A DNA stretch of 58,218 nucleotides from a virus. Lineage: Duplodnaviria; Caudoviricetes. The position numbers and the translations under genes are program-made. Below, in pieces: positions 1-7,321 of the stretch (position 1 is the first letter of the stretch; each line of letters starts with the position of its first letter). The notes under the pieces were generated by a model. The model did no database searches. It saw only the letters and a program-made list of their open reading frames with translations, and had not been told where the DNA came from. Where the stretch lies: IMG/VR virus record IMGVR_UViG_3300043538_000065, positions 1 to 58,218 of that record. One strand, written 5' to 3'.

Positions 1-351
1 ATGCCCGCCACCAACCGCCCTGTCCGCTTCATCGGACGCCAGCCCTACGCCCGCATCCCGTTCGCGCACCTGGTTGACGTGGAAGCCGGCGAACGGCTGG
101 CGCTCGAGCGCGACTTACGCGACGCCCCTACCCCGATTTCAGGTGGCATGCGGAAAGCCAGAGCCAAGGAACTCGGATTCCAGAACGTCTTGCGCTACCG
201 GCCGCCGCGGCGCTACCGCGAGCAGGACCTGCGGCGGGCTTACGGCCTGATGCTGGCGGTCTGTGGATCCTGCCGGCATTCGATGTATTTTGACGACGTT
301 GAGGACTTTGCCGCGATCCGCTGCGACCGCTGCAAGCGGCCAGTATGGTGA
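1..351 (+). CDS. Hypothetical protein with C-terminal Zn ribbon
   Basis: CGSC...CDRC motif; 3' half duplicated at 1626-1802. Confidence 0.55.
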   Translation: MPATNRPVRFIGRQPYARIPFAHLVDVEAGERLALERDLRDAPTPISGGMRKARAKELGFQNVLRYRPPRRYREQDLRRAYGLMLAVCGSCRHSMYFDDVEDFAAIRCDRCKRPVW

Positions 352-648
352 CCTGTGGCTGAGAACTGGAACCGCCGCTTCGACGACACCATCGAGACGC
401 CGGACGGCGTCAAGATCAAGACGCTTGACGACGCCAGGCACTACCTGGTCACGTTTCACGTCCCGCGCCAGCCGAAGAAACGGGATATGCTCGCCGTCGC
501 AATGCGCGCCGTGCTGGGCGCGGCCAACGGGACGGACCTGATGATGCATGCGCGCATTGCCGTCGGGCGCTGGGTGCATCGCGACGCGCCGCTGAAACAG
601 GTGGAACGGCCGCGCAAACGCGCCAAGGCTTACAGGATTTTGAAATGA
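181..648 (+). repeat. Diverged direct repeat, copy 1 (partner 1626-2104)
   Basis: Aligns by eye with 1626-2104 across two ORFs. Confidence 0.9.
355..648 (+). CDS. Hypothetical protein (97 aa), paralogue of 1811-2104
   Basis: GTG start; about 80/97 aa identical to the second copy. Confidence 0.8.
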   Translation: MAENWNRRFDDTIETPDGVKIKTLDDARHYLVTFHVPRQPKKRDMLAVAMRAVLGAANGTDLMMHARIAVGRWVHRDAPLKQVERPRKRAKAYRILK

Positions 649-824
649 AAGACCCCTTCGACCAATTCTGGGAATGGGCCAACAAGCCGCCCGAAAGCTA
701 TTTGACCATCCCGGTTGAAATACATGGGCCGGTGATGGCGCTATCGGAGGAAGACCGGCGGGACCGCGACAAGGTCAATGCGGCGGTGCGCGCAGCTGCT
801 ATTCGTCGAGATCGGGCGCGTTGA
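645..824 (+). CDS. Small hypothetical protein (59 aa, MKDPFDQFWEWANKP...)
   Basis: ATGA overlap with upstream stop; translated manually. Confidence 0.65.
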   Translation: MKDPFDQFWEWANKPPESYLTIPVEIHGPVMALSEEDRRDRDKVNAAVRAAAIRRDRAR

Positions 825-1002
825 ACTTGCGCGGCTCTTGCCGCCAATCGCCTTCTGCAAAGATCACGATATCGTCCGGCGCAATCTCTCGCGCCGCCCT
901 GCGGTCCCACCATCTGTGGAATACGCGTGGCCCGCCGAAGATGCGAAACGCATTCCAGTAGCGGTCATCGCGAAAGCCGACGTAGTGAACGACGCGGGGC
1001 AT
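799..1002 (-). CDS. Hypothetical protein (67 aa, MPRVVHYVGFRDD...)
   Basis: Globular composition; ATG at 1002. Confidence 0.6.
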   Translation of the reverse strand: MPRVVHYVGFRDDRYWNAFRIFGGPRVFHRWWDRRAAREIAPDDIVIFAEGDWRQEPRKFNAPDLDE

Positions 1003-1268
1003 GGGATGTGTTATATTCGTTCCATTGCAGGACAGGGAGGTTGAGACGGCAAAGGCAGCCCGCAACAAACTTTAGGAACCACAATCATTCGCGATCTGCA
1101 TGGCGTTCGACGCGTTCAGAATCGCGTTGGGCGGAAAGCCGGCTTCTCGCATTTCTCGACCTGATCGAAGTTCGACCATCTGTCCGGATAATGCCGGAAC
1201 CGATGCCATCGGGTTTCCATCGTCTCACCCCTCATCGGGCGCGCTGTGGGTTGGGTCATGCCCGGCCC

Positions 1269-1520
1269 TCAGGTTGGCGCAACGTCAGTTGCGCGCTGGC
1301 TATGATAGTGCTCGTAATTCTTCGCGACGGTCGCCAGAATGTCTTTGCACAAATCCTCCGTCAGGCTCAGCGCCTCATCCATTGTCGGAGCCGCATAACA
1401 GATCGCAGCCGAAAGCAAGTCCTGCAGCGCGGCGACCGATACAGCAAACGACTTGCCTTGCAGAACAAAGTTGGCCTGCTCAAACGTCTCGCGGACCTGA
1501 TCAATATCGACCTCACCCAT
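1269..1520 (-). CDS. Hypothetical helical protein (83 aa)
   Basis: Purine-rich RBS upstream of ATG 1520; protein-like composition. Confidence 0.6.
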   Translation of the reverse strand: MGEVDIDQVRETFEQANFVLQGKSFAVSVAALQDLLSAAICYAAPTMDEALSLTEDLCKDILATVAKNYEHYHSQRATDVAPT

Positions 1521-1634
1521 TCCCATCCCCCTTCGTGCTGGCATCGGTGGTGGCGGACCTGGCGTCTAGCCACGCGGTGACTTCTTGTAGTGTGAAGTGT
1601 TCCGCTAAACAAGGAGATCAGCAAGCAGAACTCC

Positions 1635-1802
1635 TTGCGCTACCGGCCACAGCGTCGCTATCGCGCTCCAGGTCTTCAGCGCGCCTATGGCCTGATGCTG
1701 GCGGTGTGTAGTTTTTGCCGGCATTCCATGTATTTTGATGAGGTGGAGGATGAGGATTTTGCGGCGATCCGCTGCGATCGATGCAGGCGGCCGGTATGGT
1801 GA
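1635..1802 (+). CDS. Short or truncated Zn-ribbon paralogue of ORF 1-351
   Basis: LRYRP...CSFC...CDRCRRPVW; in-frame stop at 1593-1595; possible TTG start. Confidence 0.45.
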   Translation: MRYRPQRRYRAPGLQRAYGLMLAVCSFCRHSMYFDEVEDEDFAAIRCDRCRRPVW

Positions 1803-1810
1803 TCGGCCCC

Positions 1811-2104
1811 GTGGCTGAGAACTGGAAACGGCGCTTCGACGATACGATTGAGACGCCGGAAGGCGGCAAGATCAAAACCCTTGACGACGCGCGGCATTAT
1901 CTGGCGACGTTCGGATTGCCGAAGGCGGGACACAAGCGGCTGATGCTGGCCAACGCGCTCAGAGCCGTATTGGGCGCAGCAAACGGCACGGACCTGATGA
2001 TGCATGCTAGAATAGCCGTAGGGCGCTGGGTGCATCGCGACGCGCCGCCGAAGGAAATGGAACGACCGCGCAAGCGCGCCAAGGCTTACAGGATCGTGAA
2101 ATGA
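1811..2104 (+). CDS. Hypothetical protein (97 aa), paralogue of 355-648
   Basis: Same GTG GCT GAG AAC TGG start as copy 1. Confidence 0.8.
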   Translation: MAENWKRRFDDTIETPEGGKIKTLDDARHYLATFGLPKAGHKRLMLANALRAVLGAANGTDLMMHARIAVGRWVHRDAPPKEMERPRKRAKAYRIVK

Positions 2105-2259
2105 CCGTCTGGATTTACGTCGACACCTCAAAGCAGGTCGGCGACGTCGACCACCTCAAAGTGTTTGCAACATCGGATGCTGCGGATGAGTGGTTCGAGG
2201 TTCACGATCCGGAAGGCGTGGCGTTTGCGTATCACGTCATCGAGAAAAGAGAAAACTGA
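2101..2259 (+). CDS. Small hypothetical protein (52 aa, MTVWIYVDTSKQVGD...)
   Basis: ATGA-coupled to upstream gene; translated manually. Confidence 0.7.
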   Translation: MTVWIYVDTSKQVGDVDHLKVFATSDAADEWFEVHDPEGVAFAYHVIEKREN

Positions 2260-2497
2260 AGGCTTGCTGCGGCAACCATGCTGCCGTCGATCCGGTTACG
2301 CTATCGGACTGCGGTTCGTGCGGACGGGTCGCTGCCTCTAAGCGAAGCATTGTCCCTAAATGCCCTGTCCATCGCCCCTCGCTTTTGCGGCCATCCGGCT
2401 TCGGGCTTATAGCTGCGACCCCGCCGCTCTTTCAACTCACCTCAGGGCCACCATTCTCGCCATTCGCGTACAGTCTAACAGTACGCCGCAACAATTT

Positions 2498-2908
2498 TCA
2501 AAACGGAATATCGCTCAACCCCGACCGGAACGCCGCCACGGCCGGGACCGCGCGAATGCCGCGCCGGTTGGCCATGTTCTCTTTCGGCGTGAGCCAGCGC
2601 AGCTGCTGCAGGCCTTGATCGTTCTCTCGCTGATTATCGAGGCTGTCGCCGTTCTCATGGTCGACGAAGTGCTTGTCCGACGGACGTTCCAGTCCCATCC
2701 GTTCCGTGATGATCAGGCGATGCATCAGGACCGTGACGTTGCGCCCGCCTTCGCAGACCGAGCGCCGCGCATAGACCAGGCCGCCATGGCGCGGATGCGA
2801 CACGGCATAGGTCCATGGCCACTGCATCAGGAAGTCGACGTCTTGCCAGGAGACCTTGACGAGGTACTGCGTGAAACAGCCGACGATGATCGTCGCGTAG
2901 GGCAGCAT
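2498..2908 (-). CDS. HNH endonuclease (HNH_3-like)
   Basis: MHRLI...VDHENGDSLDNQREN...ENMAN motif. Confidence 0.85.
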   Translation of the reverse strand: MLPYATIIVGCFTQYLVKVSWQDVDFLMQWPWTYAVSHPRHGGLVYARRSVCEGGRNVTVLMHRLIITERMGLERPSDKHFVDHENGDSLDNQRENDQGLQQLRWLTPKENMANRRGIRAVPAVAAFRSGLSDIPF

Positions 2909-3057
2909 CAATCTAGATATTCAATATCTTCGTCGGCAACATCTTGCATGCCCCATAACATGATCTCTGGGCACGTCAACAACGGCTCTCGAAACATCCC
3001 CCAATGCGACCAGGAGAACCATTCAAATATGCGGCCTCGCTCAGAGAGAACGCTCAC
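2908..3057 (-). CDS. Small hypothetical protein (49 aa)
   Basis: GTGA and TGATG overlaps with both neighbours. Confidence 0.4.
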   Translation of the reverse strand: MSVLSERGRIFEWFSWSHWGMFREPLLTCPEIMLWGMQDVADEDIEYLD

Positions 3058-3254
3058 GGCTCGTCCGGACTGCGCGGCGCATCGCACCAATCGGTCGCCT
3101 CGCGATCGCCTCTCGCCGGACGCCAAGCCTCAACCGCGCCGTCGTCATGCAAGAGCAGATGTTGCCCTTTCTCGAAGGTGAGCCAAACCCAATGCCAGTG
3201 CGGCCGCATCACGGGCGTGGTCTTCGCGCGCTCCAAGGCCTGTTCGTAATTCAC
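3054..3254 (-). CDS. DUF2829/Tad2-like small protein
   Basis: MNYEQALERAK..VMRPHW...WRPARGDREATDW pattern; GGAG RBS before GTG. Confidence 0.55.
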   Translation of the reverse strand: MNYEQALERAKTTPVMRPHWHWVWLTFEKGQHLLLHDDGAVEAWRPARGDREATDWCDAPRSPDEP

Positions 3255-3255
3255 T

Positions 3256-3496
3256 TCACCGTCTCCCCTGATGTCTTGCATACCTCTTGTCGCGGAGTTC
3301 GTGCTTGCCGCACCAATCTTCCCAAAAGGTGATTGGCCAGACCGCATGCTGCGGTTCGGGACGTTCTTTACTTCCGTGCGGGACCATCTCTCCGGCAAGC
3401 CGTGGCGGATCGACCCGGCATAGACCAGCATTTGGGCGCAAAGTTTGCGTTGTGGTCGTACCACTTGCACGTCTCACAAACCGGATGAGCGCCCAT
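3256..3496 (-). pseudogene. Frameshifted Cys-rich phage protein
   Basis: CETC N-terminus in one frame; GLCRVDPP...WP...DWCGKH in the +1 frame. Confidence 0.55.
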
Positions 3497-3909
3497 CACG
3501 CCCCGCCCGCCTGCACATAGCAATACACAAACCCGCCCCGGCTCAAGAACACCACGCCGTGCCCGGTCGGGTTGCCGCGATCGTGCTTCAGCTTGTTCGG
3601 AGGGATTTCGATTTCCGTTCCGACGTCGACATGCGGGCGATGTCGCGGGGCATCGGGGCGACCATCCGTGATCCTGCAGAACGCACGGCCGTCCCTCGCA
3701 TAATAGTCATCGCACCAATAGGCGTCGGCTTCGCCGCAACATGACGCGGTCGGAACGTCCGGCTGCTTGAGGTCCTGATACCATTGCCGGATGGCCGGGT
3801 CGCTGTTGTCCCATTGGCCGCTGTCGTGAGCATTTGCTGCGACGATGAATAGGATCACCGCAATGAACGGGACGATGACGATCCAGCATCCGAGATACTT
3901 CGATTTCAT
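3496..3909 (-). CDS. Exported Cys-rich hypothetical protein
   Basis: Signal peptide/TM segment; SCCGEAD and NPTGHGVVF motifs; ATGA coupling. Confidence 0.75.
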   Translation of the reverse strand: MKSKYLGCWIVIVPFIAVILFIVAANAHDSGQWDNSDPAIRQWYQDLKQPDVPTASCCGEADAYWCDDYYARDGRAFCRITDGRPDAPRHRPHVDVGTEIEIPPNKLKHDRGNPTGHGVVFLSRGGFVYCYVQAGGA

Positions 3910-4118
3910 TTGAGGCACTCCAACGCCTCTGCGATCTCGCTCTTATTCCATCCGCACGCCCTTGCCTTCGCGACGACGCGAGACACGCCGTATTTGTTGA
4001 AAACTATTTTCGCTTGCCAGCAGAAATAGTATTTCGGCGGACACGGGAGATCGTCCGCATGGCCAGTCAGCGGCCATAGCAATGCGATCGCGAGGACGAG
4101 CGCGGCGGGCTTGTGCAT
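3906..4118 (-). CDS. Small exported protein
   Basis: Signal peptide ending GHA-DD; four Cys. Confidence 0.65.
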   Translation of the reverse strand: MHKPAALVLAIALLWPLTGHADDLPCPPKYYFCWQAKIVFNKYGVSRVVAKARACGWNKSEIAEALECLK

Positions 4119-4121
4119 GGC

Positions 4122-4490
4122 TCAAGCGCCTGTGTTTGGTTTTCTCGACCGCGCAATGATCGCCGCGACCGCTGGCCTTGCGTACTCGACCCACATGCAC
4201 CAGCGCGGCATTCCGCGCATGTAGTGGTTGCCTAAGATCGGGCCCTCCTGGCCGCTGCCGGGATTGGCGCTTTCCTCCATTGCACGGGCCACTAGCTCAA
4301 CCGCAGAGCCGCCGCGCATCGTATTTAGCGCGACCCTAGCAAAGCGTCGGAAGCCTTCGCTTTCAGGCTGTCCGTGGCTACGAATAGCCTTCGATACGTA
4401 GTCAATCTCGCTGGCGGTCCAATCATCGCCAAACGAAGCTGGTCCGGTATCCGCTGGCGGGAGCCAAGCCTTTGTCCTAAACGGCCACAT
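4122..4490 (-). CDS. Hypothetical protein
   Basis: AAGGAG RBS; 122 aa ORF. Confidence 0.6.
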   Translation of the reverse strand: MWPFRTKAWLPPADTGPASFGDDWTASEIDYVSKAIRSHGQPESEGFRRFARVALNTMRGGSAVELVARAMEESANPGSGQEGPILGNHYMRGMPRWCMWVEYARPAVAAIIARSRKPNTGA

Positions 4491-4629
4491 TTTTATTCTT
4501 CTCCTTCAACAATGAGATTCACCTTGGCGGGTCTGGCGGCTCCCGCATTGAGCTGCGCCATTGCCATGCCCGTCGCCCCATGCCAATGCCGGCGAAGGGG
4601 CATTTCATCCGCAAGGACGGCACCGGCTC

Positions 4630-4860
4630 CTACTCGTGATGATTTTTACGATGCAGGCGCGGATGCTCTTCGCCTTGCGTCACGCCTTCGGCATACTTCA
4701 CCTCGCCCGTCACTTCAGCCAGTTTGGCGGCCATGCCGTTTGTGGCCTTGTGAACATCCTCGATACGACGGGAGTTTCGCAAACCGATTGCAACCCCGCC
4801 GCACGCCGTAACGAGCGTTGCAATCGACAGAATAATCTGCGCAATTTCCGAGCCGGTCAT
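4630..4860 (-). CDS. Single-TM protein in lysis region
   Basis: N-terminal TM helix. Confidence 0.65.
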   Translation of the reverse strand: MTGSEIAQIILSIATLVTACGGVAIGLRNSRRIEDVHKATNGMAAKLAEVTGEVKYAEGVTQGEEHPRLHRKNHHE

Positions 4861-4890
4861 TTATTGCCCCCGTAGGGGCAAGAGCCCCGC

Positions 4891-5262
4891 CTATGTTTTT
4901 GTAAACTGAGTGTCGTTGAACCGCTGCAACGACGCGATGTGCCGATCCAATCCCTGATGCAGCTTGCCCAAGTCATCTCGGATCAGGAGATTGTCTTGCT
5001 CCATGTTACCCTGTCGCTTCGCGAGCTGACCTTGTCTGTCCTCAACCAAGGAAAGGCGGCGATCGGTATTTTTCAGATCAGTAAGGCTGGTTTCGACATT
5101 GCCGACGCGCGTACTCATCACGCGGATTTCGCCGGTCAAAGATGTGTGGTTCAGGTCGATCTTCCCGCCCAGTTTGACCACAAAAACCGTAACCGAAATG
5201 ATGTTGCCTAGAATGGCTACCACTCCGACAACGAGGGCAACGATGACAGATGGTTCCCACAT
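4891..5262 (-). CDS. TM plus coiled-coil protein in lysis region
   Basis: N-terminal TM then heptad-like region. Confidence 0.7.
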   Translation of the reverse strand: MWEPSVIVALVVGVVAILGNIISVTVFVVKLGGKIDLNHTSLTGEIRVMSTRVGNVETSLTDLKNTDRRLSLVEDRQGQLAKRQGNMEQDNLLIRDDLGKLHQGLDRHIASLQRFNDTQFTKT

Positions 5263-5388
5263 TCAATTTTCCGTTTCCCAGCCCTTAAGGATTTCCCGCT
5301 AGGAACATTCCCAGCCGTCGTGATGGTTTAGCTCCATCGTGGCGGTTAGGGTCGCCGTGCCGTTGACGCGACACGGCGGCCCGCCTCG

Positions 5389-5895
5389 TTATTTCTTCGC
5401 TGTAGCCGTGACCGTCGGTGATACCGCAAGCGTCGCCGCCATGCGCTGCGCGCCGCGCATCATCATGCGGTCGCCGAACCAAAACCCCATGATGGCGCCG
5501 AAGATGGCGGACGTGTTGTCGTCCCATACCAGTTTGGCGAGCTGGCCCAGATCATAACCGCTGTTGACGCCGTAGACCGCGAGACACACCTCTAGAAAAA
5601 TCCAGAGATGAAAGAAAATAAGGGTGATGTAGGGTCGGACAAATATGGCCAGCGCGTCCACAAAACGGTTGCCAGAAGCGCCGCTTGCAAACTCATAAAT
5701 ATGGTCTGCCTGCTTGATATCAGCCTGAGAATTCGCAAGATCAATCTGTAGCGCGCCGCCTTCCTTAGCAGCTTGCATCTGGAGTTGGGCGAGAGCGAGT
5801 TGCTGGGCATTGTTGGCCTTCAGCGTTAGCCATTGCATGATGGCGGGGACCATCCCGGTGATGGCCCCAAGGATTGCGACGATGCCGGTAATCAT
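5389..5895 (-). CDS. Holin-like membrane protein (3TM type)
   Basis: VRPYIT and GFWFGDR motifs; TM segments; downstream of endolysin. Confidence 0.7.
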   Translation of the reverse strand: MITGIVAILGAITGMVPAIMQWLTLKANNAQQLALAQLQMQAAKEGGALQIDLANSQADIKQADHIYEFASGASGNRFVDALAIFVRPYITLIFFHLWIFLEVCLAVYGVNSGYDLGQLAKLVWDDNTSAIFGAIMGFWFGDRMMMRGAQRMAATLAVSPTVTATAKK

Positions 5896-6203
5896 GCGAG
5901 CACCAAATAAGCTTTAGAGACGACGGCTGCGATCAGAAACCCACCAAGGAGGGTTGCAACGGCCGGCACCTTCGCCGACATGTTTTCGATCGTGACATCC
6001 TTTGACGTCGATCCGGACGATGATCCCATCCAGTAGGCTACGACGGTCGTGAAATTCGTGGCCAGCGACCCCAGCAGGATCGACAGGATTTCCGGAACCG
6101 GATTGCCGTCGAGTTTGCGCGTCATGTAGATGACCGTCACGCCGATAAATCCCGCAACGACGAGAATCGAAACGAGAACCCGGCCCCAATCGCCCATTTT
6201 CAT
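5892..6203 (-). CDS. Holin-like membrane protein
   Basis: TM helices; YWMGSSSGS.SKD motif; adjacent to endolysin. Confidence 0.7.
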   Translation of the reverse strand: MKMGDWGRVLVSILVVAGFIGVTVIYMTRKLDGNPVPEILSILLGSLATNFTTVVAYWMGSSSGSTSKDVTIENMSAKVPAVATLLGGFLIAAVVSKAYLVLA

Positions 6204-6205
6204 GT

Positions 6206-7210
6206 TTAGGTCCCCTTCGGTTTGAAAAGATTCTTGACGCGGCCCCAGAACGTAGGCGCGAGATCGGTTCGCACCTGGCCGGGCGGCGGCAACTTGATTT
6301 CGGGCGGTTTTGGAATGACTGCCCCTGCAGGAGTCAGCGCGGCCTTGATCGCCGCGATCGTCGCGGGGCCAACGATCCCATCGACGATCAGACCGTGACT
6401 GTCCTGGAATGCGCGGACCGCGGTACGCGTGCCGGCTCCATTGATGCCGTCGACACTCAATCGCGGCGTCGCTCCGAGATTGTTGAGCGATGTCTGCAGC
6501 CACACCGCGTCGAACACGCCATTGACCGGAACGAGATCGGGCGCCGGTAGCGACGGCTGCAGCGGCACGCTTGGGATGCGAGGGAGCGCGCCAAAGTTCA
6601 CCCCGTCATCGAGCGCATCGATCGCAAGCAAGAGACCGGCGCAGCCGAGCTGCGGGTCGACCGTGCTCCATACGACGGGACCGTGATCGACCAACACCTT
6701 GCCGCTCACATACTCATTGGTCCCCGCCCAGATGTACGGGCTTGGCGCCCCATTCGGATATTGCGCCGTGTGGACGTTCGCGTAGGCGAGCCCGTTGTAC
6801 CGCTCCGCATAGGTCAACATTCCGGAGACCGACCAATCCTTGTTGGCCACCGCCGCGCGCGGCGCGCAGTAAACCAGCGCATCGACCGCGCCCTGCTCAA
6901 ACGCATCCGGACCAAAAAACGGGCCGCGGCCCTCAGGAACGTGAGTGGTTTTCTTGTTGAGCGGATCGCCCTGTCCAAGATGTGTGGTGAAGTCCATCGA
7001 GGACTCTCGATTGTGGACAACCGCGATGAATACCCATGCCTCATCCGGCATGTTCGAGCCGAGCGCGCGACAGCGCCGGACAACATCGACATAGCGCGAC
7101 TTGTTCTTGAACGCCTTAGCTGCAGCGGCATTAAACGCCGTGCCCCGCGTGATATGGGCATCATGCCAGCGCTGGTCGTTTGCCTTTTGCAGCGCGACGA
7201 GATCAGTCAT
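6206..7210 (-). CDS. Endolysin: lysozyme-family domain plus peptidoglycan-binding domain
   Basis: HNRESS, GQGDPL, YNGLAY, SPYIWAGT; LQ..LN.LG...VDG..G..T..AVRAFQ. Confidence 0.9.
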   Translation of the reverse strand: MTDLVALQKANDQRWHDAHITRGTAFNAAAAKAFKNKSRYVDVVRRCRALGSNMPDEAWVFIAVVHNRESSMDFTTHLGQGDPLNKKTTHVPEGRGPFFGPDAFEQGAVDALVYCAPRAAVANKDWSVSGMLTYAERYNGLAYANVHTAQYPNGAPSPYIWAGTNEYVSGKVLVDHGPVVWSTVDPQLGCAGLLLAIDALDDGVNFGALPRIPSVPLQPSLPAPDLVPVNGVFDAVWLQTSLNNLGATPRLSVDGINGAGTRTAVRAFQDSHGLIVDGIVGPATIAAIKAALTPAGAVIPKPPEIKLPPPGQVRTDLAPTFWGRVKNLFKPKGT

Positions 7211-7267
7211 ATCGGGTTTCCTCGTGGAGAATAAGACGCGAACACGTGCCCTATACCCATGCACAGC

Positions 7268-7289
7268 AAAAAGCCGCCCGAAGGCGGCT
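7268..7289 (-). terminator. Intrinsic terminator after tail fibre gene
   Basis: AGCCGCC-TTCG-GGCGGCT hairpin followed by T run on minus strand. Confidence 0.75.
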
Positions 7290-7321
7290 GGTTTGCTTGC
7301 AAGGCGCGGGAATTCAGACGC

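Larger units (their letters stand above)
1626..2104 (+). repeat. Diverged direct repeat, copy 2
   Basis: Homologous to 181-648. Confidence 0.9.

Noticed and set aside
2498-2908. IscB/HEARO system or group I intron
   Set aside because: Short HNH_3-type protein lacking RuvC and PLMP; no interrupted host gene
5285-5388. Hairpin-rich spacer in the lysis region
   Set aside because: Hairpins are present but there is no second copy or recognisable family; too weak to call
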